Below, piece by piece: positions 10,887 through 19,823 of a stretch of 22,398 nucleotides of DNA. Source of the DNA: Catajapyx aquilonaris (Eukaryota); contig KZ539085.1 of the NCBI GenBank assembly GCA_000934665.2, positions 62,001 to 84,398 on the forward strand, written 5' to 3'. The notes under the pieces are model-generated. The model was given only the letters and a program-made list of their open reading frames with translations. It did not search any database and was not told the origin of the DNA. How positions within the stretch are numbered: the stretch's first letter is position 1; every line of letters begins with the position of its first letter. Position numbers and translations under genes: made by a program.

Positions 10887-11160
10887 AGGGTGACACGGTG
10901 CCAGAGTGGTTAGCGCCGCAGCCTTCCACCTCTAAGGTCCCGAGTTCGATCCCCGGACCGGACAGAGGATACTTATGTGGATAGAGTTTCGATGGGTTCT
11001 CTCCGTGTTCGCGTGGGTTTTCTCTGGGTTCTCCCATTTCCTCCCACTATCAAAATCCATCACATTACAGGGAAATGATTAAAGTCGGTCTATTAAAAGA
11101 TGATCCCCTACAAAGCCCAAGGAGGCTTATCACGGGGTATCCATTATCATTATTATTATT
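10887..11160 (+). mobile_element. tRNA-derived SINE, family 2, with V-SINE-like central domain
   Basis: The A-box-like GGTGCCAGAGTGGTTAGC and B box GAGTTCGATCCC are followed by the core GTTCTCTCCGTGTTCGCGTGGGTTTTCTCTGGGTTCTCCCATTTCCTCCCAC and an (ATT)n tail. The perfect 15-bp TSD AATATCTTGTCCGTA lies at 10872-10886 and 11161-11175. Confidence 0.92.
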
Positions 11161-11458
11161 AATATCTTGTCCGTATCATCGGAGTACACTTAAGCCAAAA
11201 TCTATGTGGTCCGGGCCTATCTGGTAGTGAAGGAGTTAATTGAAGCATTCTCAATGAGATGATGAGATGCTCCACCCAGTTCATAATTTCAATCAATAAT
11301 GGGCGGAAAGGGCTTAATCCAGGAATAAATGTGTTGCTGTCACTGTGCTGCAGCTTGCAGTGATATTTGCGCATGGTTTAAATATAAGCTACCATTTAAG
11401 AAATAGTCATTTTGTCCTGTTCAATGGCTGAAGGGGTGCAATAATAACTCAGTCTCAC

Positions 11459-11501
11459 CCTCTTCTTCTCTGTTGTCAGCGTCCTCGTCGTCCGCCTCCA
11501 T
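11459..11501 (-). CDS. USP6NL: Predicted first coding segment of the USP6NL/RN-tre gene (MEADDEDADNREEE + G)
   Basis: The start has a strong context (accaacATGG) and is followed by 14 codons plus 1 nt and the donor G|gtgaga. The phase-1 end joins the phase-1 acceptor at 4448 (G+AG = Glu) and continues the same acidic composition. A candidate acceptor ttttgcag at 11672/11671 would make 11502-11671 5'UTR. Confidence 0.72.
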
Positions 11502-12549
11502 GTTGGTGTGTCCAGCCCTACCTCTTCTGTTTTCTCTCCTCCCTCCCTGCCTCCACCCACCAGATTTCCCCCTCCCTCCCACCCACTTTTCTTTTCCTTA
11601 AGTCCATGCCTCCAGCAGAAGAGTGTCAACAGCAGCAGAGGGTGGGAGGATGTTCACGTAATCAGTGCTGCCTGCAAAATGATAACATTGTTTTCATTCC
11701 TGTTGATTACGCAGGAAACCCTATGAAAAAGTAGCCGCCACTCCTCTTCTTCCAAGGGCTTTTCCCCTGACTCACCCTGTCCACACATAAAAATTTTATG
11801 CACTAGTGCTGGCCATAAAGGTAGCGCTTTAAATGAATATGTTACAATGTTCATGCAGATTCAGTCCTTGCCAAACAATGACACATTTTCTGGTGGACAT
11901 CTTTTTATAACCGTGCAGCTGTTAATATAGCTAAATGCAATATTTGCTTTGAGCCAAATTAACAACTGTAACAACAGTATGTGACATTGGTTTGATATTA
12001 TCTTAAAGGAAAATGCCAGTGGCAAATAAAAGTTGCACGTAAAAAACTAATCCACTTGTTTCTGTGCTCCTGGGATGTGGCATCACATCCTATATTGTCT
12101 TTCAGTAACACAGAAAATGAATTCCGATATCAATCCAGAGTGGGCTGTAAGAGCCCACTGACAGTTCCACTATTCATGCAATATGCCAATAAATATTAAC
12201 CATAATCAGCTCCTATAAATGTCTCACTTAAAATGACTCTTGATTTAACACTTGACCCTTGCAGCATGAATGGACACCATAAATTGTTGCATTACGTCCA
12301 TATTAAAATAAATCAGTTGGTGCATTGAACTTATATCACCCTGCACTAGCAACACTGACACTTGCTGACACTTAAAGCACTTAGTTAACTGTATAGTGCT
12401 GTAATGCAACTAGTATTTTGACACTGTCACATACCACCAGCTATAAAAAAAAATAGCAATATTAATATGTACCAATATGTGCAACTAACATCTGGCCAAA
12501 GCAGTCACGACTGACCTTTTCCTAGTGTCCATGCACCGCCCCCTTTTCG

Positions 12550-13110
12550 CAGCTGCCTTCTTGCAATATATATATATTTTTTGTGCTATGCCACTTTGGT
12601 AATGGTCTGGCGGAAGTGTCAGCCGCACCGGCCCACACCCTCCCTCAGTACAGATTGTGTATCGATGGCAAGCAACGGGACAGCTCTACTGCTTGCCCCT
12701 CTTGTCGCCTACCACCTTCCCTTCCCTTTCCCCCCACCCTGTCCTGTCCTAAACCGGACCAGTTTGGCCACACCGCCGTTTCACCCCCCCTTCGGCCGAG
12801 CCAGCAGTTCCCTTCCCCACACTTTTGGCCCACGACCTAACTTCGATCCGCATCGTGCCGACATCCGCGTCCGATAGATGGCACTACATACGGTAACGAC
12901 CCTACTTTGTGGTACCGATCATAGATGGCTGTATTCAGCACACTAACGCCCTCATCGGCATTTTCGGAGGCGATAACAGCCAATCTCAGGCATATGACAT
13001 AGTAAAGAGAGAGAGAGAAAAAAAGTGGTATTGGATCATCCCGATCATCGTGATTCTCCTGTTGATTGGGGGTCCGCTGTCGTTTCCGCCCCGGGTCCGT
13101 TGCCAGCATG
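12550..13110. promoter_or_regulatory. Putative CpG-rich bidirectional promoter / 5'UTR region
   Basis: GC and CpG content are visibly higher than in the CpG-poor unique intron DNA, and no transposable element was recognised here. The region lies between the divergent ATGs at 11501 (-) and 13108 (+). It contains repeated GATGGC motifs (TATCGATGGC at about 12660, TAGATGGCACTAC at 12875, TAGATGGCTGTA at 12922). Transcription start sites cannot be determined. Confidence 0.65.
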
Positions 13111-13173
13111 AGCGTCAGGATGTCACCGCATGACTCGGACGTGATGCTGAAGAACGCTTTGGCTAGGTTGAAG
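13108..13173 (+). CDS. TSG101: TSG101 coding exon 1 (MSVRMSPHDSDVMLKNALARLK)
   Basis: ATG at 13108 (alternative in-frame ATG at 13120) and a phase-0 donor AAG|gtaata. It joins in frame to exon 2 at a K|Y junction equivalent to the first intron of vertebrate TSG101 (...MVSK|YKY). Confidence 0.75.
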
Positions 13174-13891
13174 GTAATATGGTGCTGGTCAGTTTTTGTG
13201 GTTAGGGATGACGATGATGACTCTGCTTCATTGTCATTACGTGCATTTAGTCACGGGGTGTGAGCCACAACTTTTGAAAAGGTTGGGATGGCAGGCAGAT
13301 GCAAGATGAATAATATCGAATAGAGAGGTTGTACGAAAAGTATGATGCACTTTCCTGTGGATTATTGTGGCTCAGGAGAGGAGGATATTGGATGAATATT
13401 ACGTAGCTTTTCAATTTCCGGACTCTTCGTGTGGTGATGCTTTACCGAAGTTTGATCAGAAGTATTGGCAGAGCAGAGGCAACTAAGATATTCTGTGAGA
13501 TTTGTAGGCCAATGTCTTAAAGCATGCTGCACACTAGCGGCTGATGGTGGTTTTCAATACATGTCCAATACAATGAATATGTGAACTTGCAGCAAGCCAC
13601 TTTGTATTTTTATGTACCGTATTACCTCTCATTCGGTATAACCCGGGTGTGGCCGGCATGCCGCAATACCCGAGGTTGATTTTTATCCTTGCCAATTTTT
13701 TTTTGAATGCTTCTGGTACCGTCCTAAAATAATGTTACAATGAAAATGCGCGAGTGTACAGGCTGTGAGAATATGCAAGTTCTGTTCCACTGTGCATATA
13801 CAAAATGTAGAGTGTGTGACCAATCCCATCATCAGCCTGCTTTGACCGGGGAACCCCCTGCTCCAACATACTGTTTAAATAGAGATTATTA

Positions 13892-14042
13892 GGGCAGACG
13901 GAGTGGTGCTGCGGTAACGTATGCACCCGCAGCTGTTAAAGTCCCGGGTTCGATCCCAGCCCGGGGTTCCCCCCTTCATCTCGTGCAGAGTTGGGCCATC
14001 TCTGGCTTTGTCTTGGGTGGACTCTCCGCTAGACTAATCCAC
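13892..14042 (+). mobile_element. tRNA-derived SINE, family 1, 3'-truncated copy
   Basis: GGAGTGGTGCTGCGGTAACGTATGC...GGTTCGATCCCAGCCCGGGG...CCCCTTCATCTCGTGCAGAG matches the 5' half of the copies at 2103-2418 and 7712-8077. No tail or TSD was seen. Confidence 0.85.
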
Positions 14043-14340
14043 AGGTTCTAATCATCAGGGCAATATTGTACAAAAGAATGCCAGTACATAGAACTGTAGG
14101 TCATGTCTTGCATGACCAGTTCTAGTAATTATTATACAGCCATAACCTAAGCTACATGTGGCTCAAAGAAGACTGTTACTTAAAAGTTGCTATGATGTAT
14201 TGGTTGTGAACCAATCAACTTTGAAAATAGTTCACTCTGAACTAGGAAAAGATCCCTTCTGGTGTAGCTTTTGCCATGAATTGCCACAAATTTTAGTTGA
14301 ACTTGTTTGTAATAATGTATGATAAAACAAATGAAACTCA

Positions 14341-14973
14341 CAAGGAAAGGTCACCCATTGTTCATGGAGTTGCTGAATGAAACTTGGCACAATAATATAG
14401 GCAGATAAGTTATTAACCAAAATACAAACCGTTTTGGCCTAGCAATACAAGGTCAAAAGTTATGACCTATGTCAGCCCGGACAGCTTACCTAAGCAGGAA
14501 GGGTAAAGCACTGGCAGATAAAAAGATGCATAGCAAATTAGCACTTATGTATGTTTTTAATGATATGTTCAAAACAAAACACATGTACAATGCTTCATTT
14601 CATCTGCAAGTGGCTTATGCTTCCGGCTTCCGACAAATTAGGGAACCTGGTTTTCTAAATTTTCCAAGAGTAGGCTATAAGTTGGATTTGATGCCAATCG
14701 AGCACGTAATTTGAGAGCAGTTCTTGTGTAGCTCATTGTAATCAGAGTAATTATCCCTTTCCATTGATGTAATAAAATGTCTGCTTTTTTGAGTGCAATA
14801 TCTGAAACTTCGCTCCTAAGGTAAGCTGTCCGGGCTGACATGGAGAGGTCATAACTGTTGACCTTGCATCGCTAGGCCAAAATGGTTTTAATTTTGGTTA
14901 ATAACTTACCTTTCTATATTATTGTGCCATGTTTCATTCAGCAACTCCATCTGCAATGGGTGACCTCCCCTTG
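14341..14973. mobile_element. Foldback DNA element, CAAGG termini, 3-bp TCA TSD (family A, copy 2)
   Basis: TCA + CAAGGAAAGGTCACCCATTG ... CAATGGGTGACCTCCCCTTG + TCA, with inverted arms of about 150 bp. The segment 14597-14945 is homologous to 1711-2100 plus 2437-2465. Confidence 0.9.
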
Positions 14974-15121
14974 TCAATTTTGTCGTGTCTATTCTAGCAT
15001 TTCAAAAATTTGCCATCTTGCCTTTTTTTCTTATTTAAAATTGCCGCAGTGTGCCAGGAACCATAATGTTTGTTTTAATTTTGCAGGCAATTGTAGATGA
15101 TGCCTACCAGTACAGTTAGAG

Positions 15122-15316
15122 CACCTTTTCTCAACCTTTTTACCCTTGCGAAACCCTTGAAATAATATAAATGTCTCAGGGAACCCCTATGTCAAGATTA
15201 TTACATATCAATTATATAATTACTTAAAAATACATTTACATGTGATTGCCCTATTTATCACTATTTCTCGCAGAACCCCTGGCAATTGCTCATGGAACCC
15301 CAGTTGAGAAACTCGG
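15122..15316. mobile_element. Degenerate hAT (Charlie/Buster-like) MITE
   Basis: CACCTTTTCTCAACCTTTTT ... GTTGAGAAACTCGG, with an 8-bp TSD AGTTAGAG/AGTTAGAA that has a central TA, and internal GAACCCC repeats. Confidence 0.7.
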
Positions 15317-15538
15317 AGTTAGAATAACTACTGTTCCAGCTTTTTACACTACCTCTACCATGACTTAATGAACTATTTATACTGTTTGATAGCATCTACA
15401 TATATTTACTGAAAACAACAATGATAGATTAAAATATTATCACTAGATTCAAACCTGGGCACCTCACTTTCCCTGTTTCCCTTGCTCATTAGTACTGCAG
15501 AATGCTAAAGATCTACATTGTGTAATTCTTTTTTATAG

Positions 15539-15623
15539 TACACCAACCCAGATGCAACAAGGCGTGATGCAATGGAGACGCTAGATCAATACCGTGGACT
15601 GCAGCCGCAGTTGGACACTTTTG
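15539..15623 (+). CDS. TSG101: TSG101 coding exon 2 (YTNPDATRRDAMETLDQYRGLQPQLDTF + G)
   Basis: Acceptor ttttttatag| and donor G|gtaata, 85 nt, phase 0-1. It aligns by eye to TSG101 YKYRDLTVRETVNVITLYKDLKPVLDSY and joins exon 3 as G+TA = Val. Confidence 0.88.
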
Positions 15624-16441
15624 GTAATACTTATTAACATTGGTATTAATGTTCATATTTATTGTGCAATTATTAGTAACTTAAAGCTGTTGGTGTGAAT
15701 GCACTCTCTCTATCCTGAGGTTTTAAATTATGCTTGTGGTAAGTGAAATTTAATAATTTTGTGAATTTGTGTCGAACCTCCACAGGTACGTGGTTCGAAT
15801 TTAAGTTAAATAAGAATATAAGTTGGATGGGCATAAACTTTACTGTATTCGGGTTATGGTTTAAGTTACTGTTTTAATTCACTATATTCAGTTTTCTTTT
15901 AGTCATTACTCCCAAAGCAGTGTTGCTGATTGCTTCTACATACAATGCACATGTGTTACATGATTACAATTATAACTGATTTTAAACATACTGTCGACAC
16001 TAGTACATGCTTCTTCACACTCTTTGAAAGACACTGTCAAATACGCAATACACTCTCTCTCTAAGTTTACATATAATGAAAATTTTCCAACATGCTTAGG
16101 CTTACCTCTGAACAAGTGGATCTAAGATGTCTGTCTCGCTGTCTTGGTAGGGATCTGTCTTTTTATTTCTAAAATCAACTTGATTTTATACCATCAGTTT
16201 TGGGGTGGGGTATGGTCCATCTGGGCTACCTTCTTGTAAGCTATACTTCCCAATTTTCTGGTTTTCCCCAGCACTATTGACGTGACCTTTCATGCCTTAG
16301 TGTTAGGATCTACGAAACATATTGATGCCAATCCTTTCGGATTTTATGCTTTTGGACTAGCTCTAAGAGCCTTCTTTTAGGCACTTTATTGACGCAAGAA
16401 AACTGAGCCATTTCAAACTACTGCTGGAGGTAGCAAATATA

Positions 16442-16664
16442 CAGGGTGGCTCAACTTTTTTGTCCGAACAGTTATCGGAAATAACCGCACTATAAGCTGC
16501 TACTTTGTAAGCAGTGACTTGCAACTGGTTTGTCGGAGGAATGGGGAATACTCCCTACGAATCTTAGGTTGAAGTGGCATACACTCTACATACACTGCTT
16601 ACAAAGTAGCAGCTTAGTGCAATATTTCTGATAACTGTTCGGACAAAAAAGTTGAGACACCCTG
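16442..16664. mobile_element. Tc1/mariner-type MITE, CAGGGTG termini, TA TSD
   Basis: TA + CAGGGTGGCTCAACTTTTTTGTCCGAACAGTTATC ... GATAACTGTTCGGACAAAAAAGTTGAGACACCCTG + TA, with arms of about 75 bp. Confidence 0.92.
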
Positions 16665-17121
16665 TATACACACCCATGTCGGAGTATATTGAACGTTTGA
16701 GTAAAAATAATTACAAGTGATTTTCTGGTATGAATGGTATGACATTTGAACCATTTGTATGGTTCTACAGCTTTGGGTAGTATGGTTTAAAAGCAGTTTT
16801 TGGCTGTGATTATGTGGCTGTGACTAATTTTTGGAGTTGCATATTGTTCGTTATACTTGACATTTAAGGAAAGTAATGTGTTCACTCTCATGCTTGCCCT
16901 TTGTAACAACATCATGATTTTCCTATATAAAGGGGTAGTCAGTAAATTAGGAAACCCATGTGAATGATTAAATGTATTTAAAAGCATGACACACCAAAAT
17001 AAACAACAGGCAGTGGCATACACCACAATATTAATAATAACAAAAGCCAAACAAATCCTAAAAAAAGACAAGCATAGTACTAGACCATCATCACGTATGT
17101 GCATGTACTATGCCTCACAAA

Positions 17122-17391
17122 ACCAAAGCAGGTTGGCATAGTGGATAAGGCGTCCGACTGCTAATCGGGAGGTCCTGGGTTCGAATCCCGGGGCCGGCAA
17201 CTCTGACAGTGGTTTTCTGTGGTTTCCCACGGTCCTTCCAGGAAAATTCCGGAGTTGCTTCCGTAATTAATAGGCCACAGCCGCTTCCTTCCGTCCCTAT
17301 CCTATCCCAAAGAGCACAGTAAAATGAAAGCAGAGTTCCAGGCAAAACAAACTTCCCCCCTAAAGAGGCGATGGCTGATAACGGGGTATGT
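17122..17391 (+). mobile_element. tRNA-derived SINE, family 3
   Basis: The tRNA-like head is TGGCATAGTGGATAAGGCGTCCGACTGCTAATCGGGAGGTCCTGGGTTCGAATCCC and the body is GTGGTTTTCTGTGGTTTCCC...TCCAGGAAAATTCCGG...AGGCCACAGCCGCTTCCTTCC, with a (GTAT)n tail. The perfect 19-bp TSD ATGTACTATGCCTCACAAA lies at 17103-17121 and 17392-17410. Confidence 0.92.
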
Positions 17392-17414
17392 ATGTACTAT
17401 GCCTCACAAACATA

Positions 17415-18218
17415 CAGGGTGAAGGGAAACTCGGGGACAATCGCCAGGTAGCCTGATAGTACAGTGGAGCATCGATTATATGAAACAATGGGGACTGGGG
17501 GTGTTCGGATAACCGATCATTTGCTGGGATGAAATTGTACGGAAATTGTTAGGAGCAATATGAAACAAAGAAATGGTGATATTAAACGCAAAACTGTATA
17601 TTTTGTATTACAGTCACGTCTTTAAAATACATATACCTTACATAAAGTAGTATACAGTACACTTCATACATTAAAGTAGGCCTACAGTTTAGGAAAAGAA
17701 GTCCAATACATGTATTTTCTTTTGCTTCAAAGCTGAGACTCGTTTCTTTGCTGCTAAATCTCGTGCTCAAATTTGAATTTGCCAACTCTTAACGCTTTTG
17801 GTTGATCAGTATTCGGATAATCGATGCTCCACTGTACTCGCAAAACTAATATAGAGATGTGCCATTAGTTTTGGGCACCGGTGCGTAGTTAATGCGTATG
17901 GCGCCCTTAAAGTGTAGAGGGCTGGAGGTAAAAACGACAAAGTGCACAGGTGTCGTACCCGGATTCTTACTCTGACGGGATTTGATTGCCTTTTGCACAT
18001 GGATGATGTGTTAGGGGACCAAGGCAAGGGACCAGAGGACCTCGAACTGACTTTTGCTTCTCTGAAGCTGGTGAAACGGATGTGATGTCACGAAACTTTG
18101 ATGGCGCTGTGCGCATTAACTACGTAAAGCTGTCCAAAACTAATTGCACATCCCTATATTAGTTTTAAGAGTACTATCAGTCTACCTGGCGATTGTCCGC
18201 GAGTTTCCCTTCACTCTG
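17415..18218. mobile_element. Tc1/mariner-type MITE (CAGGGTG terminus, TA TSD) with a nested insertion
   Basis: TA + CAGGGTGAAGGGAAACTCG...GACAATCGCCAGGTAG ... CTACCTGGCGATTGTC...CGAGTTTCCCTTCACTCTG + TA. The left arm resumes at 17837 and pairs with about 18093-18172. Confidence 0.9.
17462..17834. mobile_element. pogo/Tigger-like MITE nested in the left arm of 17415-18218
   Basis: TA + CAGTGGAGCATCGATTAT ... ATAATCGATGCTCCACTG + TA (perfect 18-bp TIR). The right arm of the host (GAGTACTATCAG) shows the single-TA empty site. Confidence 0.92.
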
Positions 18219-19157
18219 TATGCTGGGACAGCATCCAACATGACACATCTCTTGAATGACCTTATCAAAAAAATGAACACCCTTCAGTTATGGGAAACTG
18301 TTCATCACTTATGCAAAGCCCCAAAATTAACAAATAACCACAATCTAAATAATTAACTAACCATCATGGATAGTATTCTATTCTTGAAAATTGATTGTTA
18401 TTTTATTTATTATTATTATTTTCACAATACAATAATACACAGGGAATAGCAGTTATTATTAAAAGTAGCTGTTAGCTCACATTCACTGGAAATTTTCATC
18501 TGATGCTAAATGTGGATATAAAGAGCAGTTAACTGCTAACATGGTTAAAATAGCAGCTAATGTCAAAACAGCTATTAATATAAAAATACCTAAATGTAGA
18601 GGGAAATGTTAAAATCAGCATAAAATTAGCATCCAATGATAAAGACCTATAATTTGTGGGTAGTGGTTAATTATCAATAATTGTTATTAAAGTATGGTAG
18701 CTAAAATTAGCAGCTAATGGTAAAATTACCACTAGCTCTTAATTAGTAGATACTGCATAATTTGTAGCTGCTAACTTGTTTTAATACATGTTAGTAGATA
18801 TATGCTAAAGCTATTATTGTAGGGCCCACAACTTAGTCCACATTTGCATTATAATCACTAGTCAATCTCTATCTCTATAAATAAGGAAGTTCGTCAGTTT
18901 GGATGTGTGTCCCTTATAGAAATCCGGGGGAAGGCCCCTACACCGCCTTAAATTAGCATATCGGGGGTTACATTTTTCAAGGAATTTAATGCCGCATGTT
19001 TCAGCTTCCGAAAATGAACCTAACACCCATAACACGCATATTCCCAATTAACCAATTATTATCAATTACCTATTTAACAATATTCATAGATTTCCATGGT
19101 AATGCCCTCATTACATTGTAGGCCTACCACCATAACCAAAGAGTTCTGCTATATTAT

Positions 19158-19628
19158 AGGCGTATTCGGCAATTCAGGAATCTGACTTCCTGGGCTGTTT
19201 GGATGTTCGGCAAATCAGGTGCCACGCCCCCTGAAGTAAGTGCGCATGCGCCCTACCTGACTTCCCAAGCTCAGGAACTTAGTGTACTCCTGACCTGACT
19301 TACATGCTGAGAAACAATTAACAACAAATTATTGTTATGGATGCAGCAGTGTTGCCAATGCAAAATGCCCCAAAACCCCGCGGGAGGACCTGAAAATACC
19401 CGATTTTACCCGCATTTTCATTTTACCCGCACCATTAGTCCATTACCCGCAAGCGTCCGAAATACGGCACCAAAATACCCGAACATTGGCATATCACTGG
19501 GATGCAGCACAGGCGGGTAGGGGGGTCTCTCAGTTCGGCCGTTCGGCAATAATCTTCTGAGGGGCAGGGCTAACAACTCAGATATCACGTGACGCATCTC
19601 AGAATAATCTGAATTGCCGAATACGCCT
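19158..19628. mobile_element. MITE with perfect 20-bp TIR and 3-bp TAT TSD (PIF/Harbinger-ISL2EU-like, uncertain)
   Basis: TAT + AGGCGTATTCGGCAATTCAG ... CTGAATTGCCGAATACGCCT + TAT, with internal GTTCGGCAA repeats. It sits inside the left TIR of 19137-19901. Confidence 0.85.
19347..19499. mobile_element. hAT-type MITE (153 bp), 8-bp TSD
   Basis: GGATGCAG (19339-19346) + CAGTGTTGCCAATG ... CATTGGCATATCACTG + GGATGCAG (19500-19507), with five internal TACCCG motifs. Confidence 0.88.
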
Positions 19629-19686
19629 TATATATACACCTAGAGGAGGTACTCGGCCTGAAATGTGAGGCAGGCAACAATGCAGG

Positions 19687-19823
19687 CAACAATATTACCT
19701 CCAACAAGATGGCGGACGCCTGACATTATTTGAACTAATTGTCGCCCAGTTGTCATTATTGGTTGTTGTCCCAGTTGCTAGACAACTGTTAGAACAACAA
19801 TATTACCTCCAACAAGATGGCGG
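19687..19823 (+). repeat. Perfect 29-bp direct repeat (two copies) containing AAGATGGCGG
   Basis: CAACAATATTACCTCCAACAAGATGGCGG occurs at 19687-19715 and 19795-19823. Confidence 0.95.

Larger units (their letters stand above)
9954..11235. mobile_element. piggyBac-like long-TIR MITE (TTAA TSD) carrying two younger insertions
   Basis: TTAA (9950-9953) + CCCCTTTGCTACCAGATAGG ... CCTATCTGGTAGTGAAGGAG + TTAA (11236-11239). The left arm (9954-10093 plus 10558 to about 10595) pairs with about 10770-10886 plus 11176-11235. Confidence 0.88.

Noticed and set aside
11672..11775. Short 5'UTR intron of USP6NL (minus-strand donor ACAGG|gtgagt at 11775)
   Set aside because: The splice signals are plausible but cannot be verified without transcripts because there is no coding constraint.
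12581..13263. Short ORFs across the promoter island, including a hydrophobic 74-aa ORF at 12909-13133
   Set aside because: Such ORFs are expected by chance in GC-rich DNA, several begin at non-ATG codons, and none shows homology cues. Only 13108-13173 fits the TSG101 splice structure.
17128..17200. Functional tRNA-Ser(GCT) gene
   Set aside because: The acceptor stem is imperfect, there is no long variable arm, and it is embedded in a SINE with body, tail and TSD.
18430..18810. AT-rich stretch with recurring TAGCAGCTAA-like words
   Set aside because: The spacing is irregular and degenerate, so no unit or boundaries could be defined. It is probably a decayed repeat.
19687..19823. CRISPR-like array from the 29-bp direct repeats
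   Set aside because: There are only two copies, 79 bp apart, inside a eukaryotic MITE, with no cas genes.
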